Positions 30,119 through 40,413 of a stretch of DNA of 64,000 nt are shown in pieces. Position 1 is the first letter of the stretch. Each line of letters starts with the position of its first letter. The DNA comes from an uncultured virus (IMG/VR IMGVR_UViG_3300028833_000009) (taxonomy: Duplodnaviria; Heunggongvirae; Uroviricota; Caudoviricetes). Where the stretch lies: IMG/VR virus record IMGVR_UViG_3300028833_000009. One strand, given 5' to 3'. Under the pieces are notes generated by a model, which ran no database searches, had not been told where the DNA came from, and saw only the letters and a list, made by a program, of their open reading frames with translations. The position numbers and the translations under genes were made by a program.

Positions 30119-30679
30119 TCATTCCTCCAGTTTCATTTTTTCAATCGTGTCGTTGAAACGCACGATCGTTTGCATAATTCTGGTGATCTCTTCGCCTTTC
30201 GGCTCACAAATCTCAATCGCGTCGTTCTGATAAATCCGCAACTGCATATCGCATTTGTCAGGCTGTTGGTCATATTCCAGACAAAACAGCGCTGCATAAA
30301 TCATCAGCTGTTCCATATGTGCCGGAATGGTTCCAGTCTTTAAATCGTGTATACGCAAAAAACGAGAAGACTCGTCGAAGGAAATAGCATCAGCTGTACC
30401 AAAGCAGTTTCTTGAAAAATATAGTGGCTGTTCTGGTTTTAGATTATATAGCAGCGCATCGTTTACATACATGTTCAGCGTCTTTTTAATCTTTGGCAGT
30501 TTGATTTTTAACTTAATGCACTGGCATGCAAAATCATGAAGCTCAGTACCTTTCTGCACGGCAAGGCTGCTCAAATATGCTTTGATCAGTTTGTCCTCAT
30601 CGTAATTAATCCAATGATACTTACTTGCTCCCAGAAATGCATGCTGTCCGATCAAGTCCGAATGTGGAATAAAGTTCAT
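30119..30679 (-). CDS. PD-(D/E)XK exonuclease (Cas4-like/DUF2800 type)
   Basis: GTELH, FGTADAI, IHDLKTG, QLMIYA. Confidence 0.75.
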   Translation of the reverse strand: MNFIPHSDLIGQHAFLGASKYHWINYDEDKLIKAYLSSLAVQKGTELHDFACQCIKLKIKLPKIKKTLNMYVNDALLYNLKPEQPLYFSRNCFGTADAISFDESSRFLRIHDLKTGTIPAHMEQLMIYAALFCLEYDQQPDKCDMQLRIYQNDAIEICEPKGEEITRIMQTIVRFNDTIEKMKLEE

Positions 30680-30947
30680 TCAGCACCTCGCTTTTGTTTT
30701 CAGGGCTGATGAATTTGGAAAATGACATGTTGTTCAGGAGATCCACATAATACTCCTGATTGGGTTGCTTCGCGGCATCTTTCTCCCGCTTGCATTCCAA
30801 TGAGCCCCATTTGTCTTTGTACAAAATTAACAGATCGGGGAATCCCTGCGGCGTATTGGAACCGTCATTTTTCAGAACCAGACTTCCTGGCAGCGTTGAT
30901 CGGATTTCCTTAATCAGCAAAGACTGAAAATGACTTTCCTTTCTCAT
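30621..30947 (-). CDS. VRR-NUC nuclease
   Basis: ESHFQ...QGFPDL...LECKR...QPNQ; start set at MRKES. Confidence 0.8.
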   Translation of the reverse strand: MRKESHFQSLLIKEIRSTLPGSLVLKNDGSNTPQGFPDLLILYKDKWGSLECKREKDAAKQPNQEYYVDLLNNMSFSKFISPENKSEVLNELYSTFGLDRTACISGSK

Positions 30948-31049
30948 CCCGGGTGTTCCCCTTTCTGTTAATCTTTTAAAGGAGATTTTCGTTATGTACA
31001 CGAAAACCACAAATGGTATGGGCTGCTGCTTCCCAATGCCCAACGCCAG

Positions 31050-31161
31050 TTTATGCAGATAAAAACGAATGGCGTGTTTGTATCAGTGCGGTATGAACCA
31101 GCATCTTTTTGAATGATTTAGCCTATCATCGAAGTAACGCCATTCTGCAATTCTGCATAAA
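31050..31161 (-). ncRNA. Structured leader RNA, copy A
   Basis: Nested stems TTTATGCAGA/TCTGCATAAA and GAATGGCGT/ACGCCATTC; shares loop motifs with 56532-56649. Confidence 0.65.
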
Positions 31162-31254
31162 AAATGAAGGACTCGTATATGTCTTGCGACACATCTTATC
31201 CTTCTCTCCTATTATAGGCCTAGTTTTTTTTGCGATTTTTAAAAAGCACAAAAA

Positions 31255-32457
31255 TCAGAATCCGGCAAAATCTTTCTCGTTAAAATTCTTCTTCTTGCTC
31301 AGTGCTCTGCTAATCGCCATGTCAATCCGCGAGCGACTGGACAGATGAAAATAGTGCAGATCAATATAAGGCGTATTGATTCTGTCAATGCGTCCGGCCG
31401 CCTGAGTCATCAGCTTGTAACTATAGTTTTGTGAATAGAAAATGATCGTGTCTGTCGTGATACAGTTCCATCCTTCTGCTCCGGCATTATACTGCACCAG
31501 ATATGCCCAACGGTTTCCCGTCGGCAGAGGTTCATGTTTGTGGCCGTTCCATTCGGCAATCTTTGTCGGGAGCTTCCGCAGAATTTCCAGTTCATAATCG
31601 AAGTTGTAGAAAATAATCGCTTTCGGATTTGCCTGAAGCAGCTGGCACACCATTTCAAAACGTGACGGGTCTTCATTGGTGATCTTCCGCAATATGCGGC
31701 ACAGTTCACCGGCATCTTCAATCGGTGTGTTCGTAAACGGATTCCACCGCTTCCGGATAATATCCTTACTCTTCTCAGCATCATATGGCAAATAAATCGT
31801 CTCGTGGTGCGGATGCGTTTCCTTCTTCTTTTCCATATGAACAGTAATCATGTTTCTTTGGCGTATCAATATACCTTCATTAAAATACCGTTCAATCTGC
31901 GGAAATTTACCCCATCGCTTCCATACGGCATGCTGATCCGTAAAATCTTTCTTGCTTCTGTAAAATCCGTTGGCAATAAATACCGGACAGTATTCGATCC
32001 AGGTATCACCAGGCGTTGCCGTCAGCAATATCCACCGGTTGGCTTTGGCAATCTTCAGAAATGCTTTCACCCACTTGCCATAACCAACCAGCCGCTGCTC
32101 ATCAAAAATAAAGAACGCGTTTTTGGCTTCTGTGTACTTGCCAATATTGTTCCAGCTATCCACATGCAGCTTTACACCGCATCCTTTCCCGTCTTCGAAT
32201 ATGGCAAACCGCTGTGCTTCCTTATGCCAGTCGCGGTCATCCCGCTTCTTGGCTGTCGTAATAATATACAGCGGAACCTTCCGGAAATGCGGGTCTCGTA
32301 TGTTGCGCTCGGGCCAGAGCGAGCCCCCGCACTCCTTCTGCAGGAAATATGCGAGGGCTGTAATGCTCTTCCCGATTCCGACGTCAGCGCATAATATCTT
32401 TCCGCTGTCAAGCCGGTCTACCGCGTCTTTCTGGTAGGAATATAGCTCAACCTTCAC
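31255..32457 (-). CDS. SF2 (SNF2/DEAD-like) helicase
   Basis: DVGIGKS, FIFDEQ, LTATP, QAAGRIDR. Confidence 0.88.
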   Translation of the reverse strand: MKVELYSYQKDAVDRLDSGKILCADVGIGKSITALAYFLQKECGGSLWPERNIRDPHFRKVPLYIITTAKKRDDRDWHKEAQRFAIFEDGKGCGVKLHVDSWNNIGKYTEAKNAFFIFDEQRLVGYGKWVKAFLKIAKANRWILLTATPGDTWIEYCPVFIANGFYRSKKDFTDQHAVWKRWGKFPQIERYFNEGILIRQRNMITVHMEKKKETHPHHETIYLPYDAEKSKDIIRKRWNPFTNTPIEDAGELCRILRKITNEDPSRFEMVCQLLQANPKAIIFYNFDYELEILRKLPTKIAEWNGHKHEPLPTGNRWAYLVQYNAGAEGWNCITTDTIIFYSQNYSYKLMTQAAGRIDRINTPYIDLHYFHLSSRSRIDMAISRALSKKKNFNEKDFAGF

Positions 32458-33061
32458 CGGCGATCATGTACTCCGCATACTTGCCGCCGAAATCATTAAC
32501 CGGAACTGCCATCGTATACATCGTCTTCAGATATCCCTTCTTCGCATCCGGATTTGCGATGCTGCGGCCATGAACATAAGGATGGATCACCATATCTACA
32601 TTCATCAGCTCTTCACTGTCCAGCCGGTACCACTGATCCGAAGGCACCAGTGCCATGCTCTTCTCGCCATTGAATTCACTGACCTTATAGATCTTCGGCG
32701 GATATTCACTGTTCTCATTCACAACGACTTCCGTGTAAATAAGCGCATGGTCAAAGGTATTTTTGTAATTGCTCATATAATCATTAAAGGATACGGTCAT
32801 CGTGGTCTCGCCATCCTCCAGCTGATGATCACGAACTTCCTTCACCTTAATATTCCATCCTGTGTCGTTCAGCCGCTCGGCATAGTCCTCATTCAGCACC
32901 AGAGAAAATGTCCGCTTTCCTCCGGCAGGATTTACCTTCGTAGGCTTCCCGGTAAAGTTCTTGTAAATCATGACAGCTTCTTCAACATTCAAGTTTCCGT
33001 TGATCAGCAGTTCAAATTTGCTCTTGGTATTCACATGGTTAATCGCATCAATATAATTCAT
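32447..33061 (-). CDS. Putative single-stranded DNA-binding protein
   Basis: YKNFTGK...NPAGGKRTFSL...GWNIK...KGYLKTM; between polymerase and helicase. Confidence 0.6.
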   Translation of the reverse strand: MNYIDAINHVNTKSKFELLINGNLNVEEAVMIYKNFTGKPTKVNPAGGKRTFSLVLNEDYAERLNDTGWNIKVKEVRDHQLEDGETTMTVSFNDYMSNYKNTFDHALIYTEVVVNENSEYPPKIYKVSEFNGEKSMALVPSDQWYRLDSEELMNVDMVIHPYVHGRSIANPDAKKGYLKTMYTMAVPVNDFGGKYAEYMIAGEG

Positions 33062-33078
33062 TGTTTTCTTTCTCCTTC

Positions 33079-36000
33079 TTATTCACCTAATATCTGGTGT
33101 TCAATGTTGTAACCTAGTTTGCAGCAATAACCGTAGTTATCATCTGAAAAATTCGGACAATCCGAACAGAATGGATACTCCGTGTTACCACATGGATGGT
33201 TCCACGGTGTCTCAATCTCAATCGGACTCTCCTTTTCCCTGGAAATATCATTCTCATCGATCACGAAAGTATCAAAATCTCCATACTTTCCAATCTGTTC
33301 CTTTGCATCATCCACCAGACAACGGAAATACTTCAGATCAATATAATCTTTCCAGTCTGATAGTTGATGCATACTTTCACTTTCCAGCCACCTGAATCCT
33401 TTGGTGCCGGTTGCGTAGCCATATTCTCCGCTGTCTTCCTTCCGCATCAGAAGGCCTCCGCCTTTTCCCGGCAATATGGGCATGAATTCGCCCGCCTTGC
33501 CTACGAAATGATACGAATGGCCTTCGGCGATGTCTTCCCGCAAAACGTCCATGTCCTTCTGCAGGTCTTCCATCTCGTTCCGAATCTTCTCCTTATCTTC
33601 ATCAGATATAGCAGGATCGGTCAGAAGTTTCGACAGTTTCCTGGATCTGGTTTTGATCTTTGCCAGATCCTTTTCTTCCTGGCTGACATCCTTTAGTCCT
33701 TCATTCAGATCCAGATACAGGGATGTCTTCACAGTCTTTGTTTCGCAGTAATCCCAGAAATCCAGCGGCTCCTTACTGAATAAGGTCTTAAATACATACG
33801 GATGTGCAAACTGAGCTCCTGTGGCCGTCCACCTTGTCGGCTCAATATACTCTGTATGATTCTTCTCCGCTTTCTCCTTCGCTTTCCGGCATTCCTTCAG
33901 CCATCCCGGATCGTCTTTCTCCCGCAGTGCAATATACACAGCGTGGTTCACCAGACAAATCCGTTCGTACTTACTTTCTACCTCAAAGGTGTAGCCGTAC
34001 TGCTTTCCGAAGTCCAGTACAAAATCCTGCAGTTCCTGGGTGGGATTCACAAGCTTGATAGAGTCGGTCTTGATATGTATCACATGACCGCCCATTGCCT
34101 GCACCTTTCTCCGCAGGGTCTCCATAAATAACGCGCCGCGCTTGGCAACCCAGTTGTCCACGTTTCGTGGATCCTTGAACCGGTTCTGAAAATGCGCTGC
34201 TGTCATTCCGTAAACAGAATTTAACGCAATCTTCAGCGCATGACTCAATGCATCCGCATCTTCGTCACTGGTCAGATATGGCGCAAGTCTTCCATCAAAC
34301 ATCTTCCGTGCTTTGTCGTAGTCTTTATGCTTGATCGCGATTCTTGCTTCATACAGATCGGCATAGTTCTTTGTAAAACGCCCAAATCCGTTTTCCACAA
34401 TTTCGCTGGTCGGATGCATACCCGCTACGTCAAATGTGATCACATGATAATATCGGCCTTCCTCCGCGTATACCCGGCCACCTTCTCCGATTGGTTCATC
34501 CAGAAAATAGCTCTTTCCGTGTTCAAATCTGTATTCCGGAAATTTCGCTTTCAGATCAGGATAAATAAACTCATGCCAGGGCTCACGCACATCGCCGAAT
34601 ATCAACTGTGCGGTCAGATTGTTTGTGGAATCATTTACAGTCATACCTGTCAACGCGGCCAGAATCTGACGGGCCTTAAAATCCGCCTGCCATCCCTTGC
34701 TCAGGAAATACGCTTCCGTTGCCAGTACATCGTTCTCACAATATACGGCAAGTCTTTCCCATTCGCTTTCCGGCAATGGCTGGCTCCAATCGATCTCCAT
34801 CTCCTTATGCGGCAGATGCATTTCGATCTCGATTTTCTTCAGACCTTTCTTGTCACTGGAAACATCAAGCGTGTCGGTATAGCTCATGTTTCTCGCTTCC
34901 CGCCATGGAATACGATTGCCTTTCACAATAATATCCTGGCTTAGCTCAAACACCTGCTCCGGCGTATAGCCCATCCAAAGTGCGTACAGAATATAGTTGT
35001 CATATCCCGTAACATTATGTCCGACAATCCGCATAGTCATCAGCCTCTCAATATCGATCGGCTTCGGATTATACAGACGCACACACTTCTTCACCGGGCC
35101 ATCCGGCTTCAATATACCTGCAACGCCATCCGGTTCCAGTTCCTTGTAAATCACCAGCGTCAGATTCCGTACAACTTCACAGTCCAATATGATGATCGGA
35201 GCATCTTTTTCATATGATCCATCCAGAATATTGGCTGTCGGCTGTTCAACTTCTTTCGGCCATACAAACTCCATGTCATAATATCGCCTGACACATTCTT
35301 CCTTGTTGTGATGACTGTTTGCAGCAAATGCATACACTGCTTCACTTAAATCCCGCAGGTCATACGTCATGTTGCTTTCCTGCGCCATCTTCAGAATATC
35401 GGCAATATACTTCACGCAGGTAATGGTCTTTGGCTCCTCTCCGTAAGGACGACACTCTTTCTTGATTGCCTGTAATATCAGGTTCCGCAAATGCCGGTCA
35501 TCCTTCACTCCTTCCCAGTTGATCACTTTCTTCTCCTTTAATGGCAGTCCGCTGGAAATATGGGCAATTGGCAGATCATTACACAGAAATACCCTTCTTC
35601 GTATTGACAGAAGCTTATCTTCCGGAAATACCTTGATCTCAATATGTTCATCAAACATACTGCTCAGGTCGTTGACATCTCCGTCATACCAATAATATGA
35701 GTGAATCCCTCCGCCACTGTTACTTGTCTCCGCATAAGTCTTCGGCCACTGACTGCTTCCGGCTTTCTTCATGTTGATTTCCAGATTCTTTTTGCCGTCC
35801 GCGTCCCGAAAATCAAAGTCAATAAATATCAGCTGGCTGGGTCCCTTCACATAATGGGTCTTCGATGTATCCAGATCCTTTAGTTTTGTCTTTACATTTT
35901 TCCAGGTGTATTTCAGCGGATGGTCCGGATTATCAATTTCATACTGTGCAGGATATTCCGCAAGAATATCATCCAGCAGACTGTGCTGTTCCTCGAATTT

Positions 36001-37431
36001 CAGCCAGCCGGATTTATAAACTTTCTTTTTGGCTTCTTCATAAACAACAGGTGTTTCTTCGGATTTCATCTCTGCAGCTTCTGCTTTTCTGTTTTCTCTT
36101 CTGGTTTGTTCAGAAGATGAATGATTAAACTTTTCAAGATTTAAATCACTGAACCAGCTTCGAACAGAGCTTCCGTTAATACTCGTTGCTTTCTGAAAAT
36201 TATTGAAATAACTTTTCGCTTCTTCAATAATTTCAAAACGCTTTCGAATATAATCCACACCTGATTCCGCGCAATATGCCTTCCACATGGCCCATAAATC
36301 ATTTGCTGTTACGCCACCGTTACGAATAAATACTTCCTGCTTCTCTTCCATGAAATTGAAGAATGGATCTGTGCGATACATCATTCGTTCAGGAATATAG
36401 CCACTGTAATAAGTTCTTCCCAAACTCTGATATACATCCAGACAATGCTTTGCAATCGCTCCAAGCTCAAAATTCGTTTGCTCGACAAGCCGGTCATATT
36501 TTCGTTCAGGTTTAATGATTCGTCCGCTGGGCTCAACATCAATCAGTCTTCGAATAATACCACTCTTTGCATCCGTAATCTTTACAGGTTTATTTGTACC
36601 AAGCATAAGCATACAGATCGGCTTTTTGGAATATCGATTCTTGAACTTTTCATTCACTTTTAACTGCTCATGGCTGACAAGCTGATTCATTAATGCATTA
36701 CTTTCAATCCGATTCAACTCAGTATCTGCATCAATTGCAATCAACGGATCATCTGCCAGAAAATCCAGATTGAAATTATCTCCGCCTCTGACAAGATTCT
36801 CCGCTTTGAATGTCGTATAATATCCATCAAACAGTTTCATCACGATGTTCAATATCGTACTCTTACCGCTTCCCTGTGGACCATAAAAAACCAGAAACTT
36901 CTGAATCTTTCTTGAATCTCCGGAAATAATGGAGCCAATCGCCCATTCAATCTTCTCCCGTTCTTCCGGATCATACAAAGTGGATATGATCTCTTCCCAT
37001 GCAGGTGCTTCACCATCCTGTAAAGAATACTGAAGGGATTTTGAGATATGGTCATCCTTTGTTACAACGGAATCTTTAAAGGTTACCTTTTCATCAAGCA
37101 GTTCATAGTCATCCGGAAGATTTCGAATAAACGCTTTAAACTCCGCCCACTTGCCGCTTGAATTATCTTTCAGGTACTTTGGAATGATTACTTTGGAATC
37201 AAACAATACTGCATTTCGTTCATCGCGAATAAAGTTATCAATCTCTTTATCCACGATTCTTTTAACAGCGCGTTCGTTACGATTCCATTTTTTCTTGCTC
37301 TCATCCCAAACTGCATAAAAGGCTCCGCCGCGAATCATGATATCGTGATACTCTTCGTTTACCTGAAAATCCGGATAAACTTCAATTCGTCCGCCACGTA
37401 CTTCTCGATGTCTGATTTCATAAAAGTCCAT
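33079..37431 (-). CDS. Helicase(SF3/D5)-primase-family B DNA polymerase fusion (1450 aa)
   Basis: Walker A YGPQGSGKST; PrimPol-like FIDFD...SGGGIH; exonuclease LDCE/HNVTGYD/YCENDV; PolB motifs DVAGMHPT, KIALNSVYG, IKTDS. Confidence 0.88.
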   Translation of the reverse strand: MDFYEIRHREVRGGRIEVYPDFQVNEEYHDIMIRGGAFYAVWDESKKKWNRNERAVKRIVDKEIDNFIRDERNAVLFDSKVIIPKYLKDNSSGKWAEFKAFIRNLPDDYELLDEKVTFKDSVVTKDDHISKSLQYSLQDGEAPAWEEIISTLYDPEEREKIEWAIGSIISGDSRKIQKFLVFYGPQGSGKSTILNIVMKLFDGYYTTFKAENLVRGGDNFNLDFLADDPLIAIDADTELNRIESNALMNQLVSHEQLKVNEKFKNRYSKKPICMLMLGTNKPVKITDAKSGIIRRLIDVEPSGRIIKPERKYDRLVEQTNFELGAIAKHCLDVYQSLGRTYYSGYIPERMMYRTDPFFNFMEEKQEVFIRNGGVTANDLWAMWKAYCAESGVDYIRKRFEIIEEAKSYFNNFQKATSINGSSVRSWFSDLNLEKFNHSSSEQTRRENRKAEAAEMKSEETPVVYEEAKKKVYKSGWLKFEEQHSLLDDILAEYPAQYEIDNPDHPLKYTWKNVKTKLKDLDTSKTHYVKGPSQLIFIDFDFRDADGKKNLEINMKKAGSSQWPKTYAETSNSGGGIHSYYWYDGDVNDLSSMFDEHIEIKVFPEDKLLSIRRRVFLCNDLPIAHISSGLPLKEKKVINWEGVKDDRHLRNLILQAIKKECRPYGEEPKTITCVKYIADILKMAQESNMTYDLRDLSEAVYAFAANSHHNKEECVRRYYDMEFVWPKEVEQPTANILDGSYEKDAPIIILDCEVVRNLTLVIYKELEPDGVAGILKPDGPVKKCVRLYNPKPIDIERLMTMRIVGHNVTGYDNYILYALWMGYTPEQVFELSQDIIVKGNRIPWREARNMSYTDTLDVSSDKKGLKKIEIEMHLPHKEMEIDWSQPLPESEWERLAVYCENDVLATEAYFLSKGWQADFKARQILAALTGMTVNDSTNNLTAQLIFGDVREPWHEFIYPDLKAKFPEYRFEHGKSYFLDEPIGEGGRVYAEEGRYYHVITFDVAGMHPTSEIVENGFGRFTKNYADLYEARIAIKHKDYDKARKMFDGRLAPYLTSDEDADALSHALKIALNSVYGMTAAHFQNRFKDPRNVDNWVAKRGALFMETLRRKVQAMGGHVIHIKTDSIKLVNPTQELQDFVLDFGKQYGYTFEVESKYERICLVNHAVYIALREKDDPGWLKECRKAKEKAEKNHTEYIEPTRWTATGAQFAHPYVFKTLFSKEPLDFWDYCETKTVKTSLYLDLNEGLKDVSQEEKDLAKIKTRSRKLSKLLTDPAISDEDKEKIRNEMEDLQKDMDVLREDIAEGHSYHFVGKAGEFMPILPGKGGGLLMRKEDSGEYGYATGTKGFRWLESESMHQLSDWKDYIDLKYFRCLVDDAKEQIGKYGDFDTFVIDENDISREKESPIEIETPWNHPCGNTEYPFCSDCPNFSDDNYGYCCKLGYNIEHQILGE

Positions 37432-37439
37432 ATGTCAAA

Positions 37440-37800
37440 TTCATCCCTCCTTTCGTGTTAAATATTTTTGTGGTGGATTTACCAAAAAACCGCGTTTTTG
37501 TAAATTTTCCTATTCTTATACAGATGAATTAATTCTCCTGACGTAATTGGTAAAAATTTGTGAAAACGCGGTCGAATTGGCCTCTAAGCCTTGATTTATA
37601 AGGGTTTGAGCCTGCTACGTTTTGACCGCAAAAATGCGTTTTTTTTCGAGTTTGTCAATTTTAGACAACTTTTTTGGCCAATTTTCGCCACTTTTTCGCT
37701 CAAAAAATTCTCCAAAAAATTGCCAAAAATTGCACAAAAAACGCATTTTTTACAAAAACGCATTTAAAACGCATTTAAAACGTAGTAGCTATTTTTGCCA
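37440..37800. other. AT-rich non-coding region with A/T tracts and repeats; candidate replication origin
   Basis: AAAACGCATTT tandem repeats, AAAAATTGC repeats, inverted ACCGCGTTTT/AAAACGCGGT; upstream of the primase-polymerase. Confidence 0.55.
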
Positions 37801-37802
37801 TT

Positions 37803-38099
37803 TTAGCCACTTTTTACACCATATTTTTCACAAATTGCCTCATAATCTGACATGCTTGCAGCCCGAATTTTGGGTATCAAATCCTCTACTTTCAGCTCAG
37901 ATTTAAACACCCACTTGCCCAATTTCTCCTGCAAATACTTAAAATATTCAGGCGCACCATAAAAGCCGACCATGTCATAACCGGTATGAGCGAACACAAT
38001 TGCCTTCTCGCGACCGGTCATAACGTTCTCAAATTCGACTATAGGTGGCGCAGTCAGATCACTTTTCAGGCCTTCATCAGCCATCAAAATCATCTCCAT
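37803..38099 (-). CDS. Hypothetical protein
   Basis: 98-aa ORF in genome orientation. Confidence 0.5.
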   Translation of the reverse strand: MEMILMADEGLKSDLTAPPIVEFENVMTGREKAIVFAHTGYDMVGFYGAPEYFKYLQEKLGKWVFKSELKVEDLIPKIRAASMSDYEAICEKYGVKSG

Positions 38100-38184
38100 C
38101 TGTCCAGTTTTTGTCCAGAAAATCCATACCGCGAACGTTTATACGAGGGTTAAAAAGCTACCTTTTGAGTGCCAAATTCACCAA

Positions 38185-38862
38185 TTATCCAGCCTTTTCA
38201 GGGATCTTCCCAGAACCCTTCCCAGTCTCTTCACAAGCATCCAGATCCGAAAATGCTTCCCTTTCATCATCAAAAATCATGAACTCCGCATCATCGTCCA
38301 GATGTTCACAAAGCCAGCTGTTTAGTTGGTTCCAGATTGGTTCTTTCCGCTGGTCTGTCTCAGCATGCCTCAGAGGAAATAACCAGCCCGATCCATCAGA
38401 ATTAAACTCACGCTTCATCGCTTTAAAGATGACATCAATCTTCTCAAGTTCCTCACATTCCAGCTGATCCCATCCGCAATTATGAATCATAATCCTGAAA
38501 AATATCGGTATCCAGTCACCATCGTTACCTTCGTTTACGGTCTCATCCAGGTACTTTGCCAGACTGATAATCACCTCAAGAAGGCTGCAACGTCCGTGTA
38601 TGGTCTTCCAGATATTGTGTATATCATGTTCATCTTTGGTTTCAGATACGGCTTCTGCATAATAATGGCGAAGATCCATCGCCTTGTCAGCACGTATCAT
38701 ATCATCCTGAATAGCTGGATCCCAATAAAAATCAATGTCAAACAGCATGTCTGCAAGCGGATCATGGTAGTTAATCATTGATTTCAGCCATTCCAGATAA
38801 TAATCAGAAGCCTTCAGGTTCGTAATCTTCCTCTGTTTGGCCATGTGTATAAATGCTCCCAT
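38185..38862 (-). CDS. Conserved phage protein
   Basis: DDMIRADKAMDLR, CSLLEVIISLA, GSGWLFPL, IWNQL. Confidence 0.7.
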   Translation of the reverse strand: MGAFIHMAKQRKITNLKASDYYLEWLKSMINYHDPLADMLFDIDFYWDPAIQDDMIRADKAMDLRHYYAEAVSETKDEHDIHNIWKTIHGRCSLLEVIISLAKYLDETVNEGNDGDWIPIFFRIMIHNCGWDQLECEELEKIDVIFKAMKREFNSDGSGWLFPLRHAETDQRKEPIWNQLNSWLCEHLDDDAEFMIFDDEREAFSDLDACEETGKGSGKIPEKAG

Positions 38863-40234
38863 CCTTTAATGATGAATATGACTCATTGTAACGGGTAATT
38901 TCCGCTGCCAGATTATGCTTTGGATTCTTCACATAGACCGTATTTTCAATAATTTCCCAGTTTTCATCGTCAATATGCTCATCATCCAACTGTTCCTTAG
39001 CACGGAAAAGATCCTTTCCTTCCACAAAACCGAACAATTCGAACGGATCAATCGGCTTTTCAGGGTCTTCGCTGTCAATAAATACGTTATCTTTTGCATA
39101 ATACTCGAAATAACCATGATCTGCGTACTTATCATCTGTGAATTCCTGCTCAGAAATGATCCTCGGAGCGTCTTCAGGGTGTGGAATATAGCGATCAATA
39201 TGGTCCAGATACTGCTGTTGCTCCAAAGTCTTCTCAAAAGGCTCCGGAATACTCATATCTTCGTCCCATGCAAGGCTGTCCTCCGCCTTTTGACCCTCAG
39301 AAATGGCCTCAAGATCCTCAGATTCATCAGAAAATGCGGCTTTTCGCGTCTCACTTTCGACTTCTTCCTCAAAAGTAGGCGCATAATCACCCCATTTCAT
39401 CAATATCCAGATCCTCCGAAGCTTCTGAACATCTTTTTCATACTCCCGAAGGTTCTGCCGAAGCACCGATTCACCAACAAAATTGCCATCATCGTTGTAA
39501 AATAACCCACGCGGATAGTGTAAATTGCATCCACGGATCATAATATTATCGCCAACACGTTTAAAATTATCTTCGATGGGCAATTTAGGCACTTTTGTTA
39601 CGACTGCCGTGGAATTTCCATCAGAAAAGAACCTTTGAGGCCGTTTTTCTTCTGTTTCAGCCTCGTTCAGAGCAGTTTTTTCCTCTTCGTTCGACGATTT
39701 TTGCCTTTTTTCTTCGTTCAGAGGCTTAGAATCGACATTTTTGACAGGCTCGCGAGTCGTTTTTTCGGTGTCAATATCCTTTTCTGTGGGGGATGGAATA
39801 TGGGGAGAGAGGATGTCAGTGGATTCATAGGAAACAGTGTTGAGTTCCGGATTTTCGATTTTAGATTTCAGATTTGCTGCAATTTCGTCAGGATTATCGC
39901 CGTCAACGATCATGATGTTTTCGGAAATCCACTTCTGGGATTCGGCAAGGGTGTCTTCCGTACCCTGAGCATAACCGGATTCGTAGCCGGATTTATAGGA
40001 TTCCTCATTATTGCGAAGACCGTCCTGATAAGCTCTGCGGCGAACTCTGGAAACAGTTTGTTCATGCTCAAGCATGAGTTTTTTACGTCTGCTGCTGGAA
40101 ATGAGGAATGCTGTCAGTCCGGTACCGAGAATACCGCACCCGGCACCAATGGCAATACCTACGCCAAATCGCGAACCCTGTTGCACTTGCTGGGTCGGAG
40201 CATAGGAAGGACCGCTGTAAATCGTGTTTGTCAT
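38804..40234 (-). CDS. Membrane-anchored acidic phage protein
   Basis: N-terminal hydrophobic segment; C-terminal PRIISEQEF...YYAKDNVF...VYVKN. Confidence 0.65.
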   Translation of the reverse strand: MTNTIYSGPSYAPTQQVQQGSRFGVGIAIGAGCGILGTGLTAFLISSSRRKKLMLEHEQTVSRVRRRAYQDGLRNNEESYKSGYESGYAQGTEDTLAESQKWISENIMIVDGDNPDEIAANLKSKIENPELNTVSYESTDILSPHIPSPTEKDIDTEKTTREPVKNVDSKPLNEEKRQKSSNEEEKTALNEAETEEKRPQRFFSDGNSTAVVTKVPKLPIEDNFKRVGDNIMIRGCNLHYPRGLFYNDDGNFVGESVLRQNLREYEKDVQKLRRIWILMKWGDYAPTFEEEVESETRKAAFSDESEDLEAISEGQKAEDSLAWDEDMSIPEPFEKTLEQQQYLDHIDRYIPHPEDAPRIISEQEFTDDKYADHGYFEYYAKDNVFIDSEDPEKPIDPFELFGFVEGKDLFRAKEQLDDEHIDDENWEIIENTVYVKNPKHNLAAEITRYNESYSSLKDGSIYTHGQTEEDYEPEGF

Positions 40235-40240
40235 ACGTGT

Positions 40241-40411
40241 TTAGTCTCCTTTTTTATCAATTTCGTAAGGTAATTCATGGCAATGGTTCAAATAATAGTC
40301 CCGAATTTGTTTGATTTCCTGTTTGTAAGATTTATACTCTATCCAGGAACCGGCCATAATGCCAGCAAAGAATGCAATAAATGCGATCGTGACCACAGCA
40401 AGCGTACTCAT
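40241..40411 (-). CDS. Small membrane protein (56 aa)
   Basis: Manual translation MSTLAVVTIAFIAFFAGIMAGSW...; GGAGG upstream. Confidence 0.55.
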   Translation of the reverse strand: MSTLAVVTIAFIAFFAGIMAGSWIEYKSYKQEIKQIRDYYLNHCHELPYEIDKKGD

Positions 40412-40413
40412 GA

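Noticed and set aside
30119..30679. Cas4 as part of a CRISPR adaptation module
   Set aside because: Common phage PD-(D/E)XK exonuclease in the replication block, 24 kb from the RAMP gene, with no Cas1/Cas2
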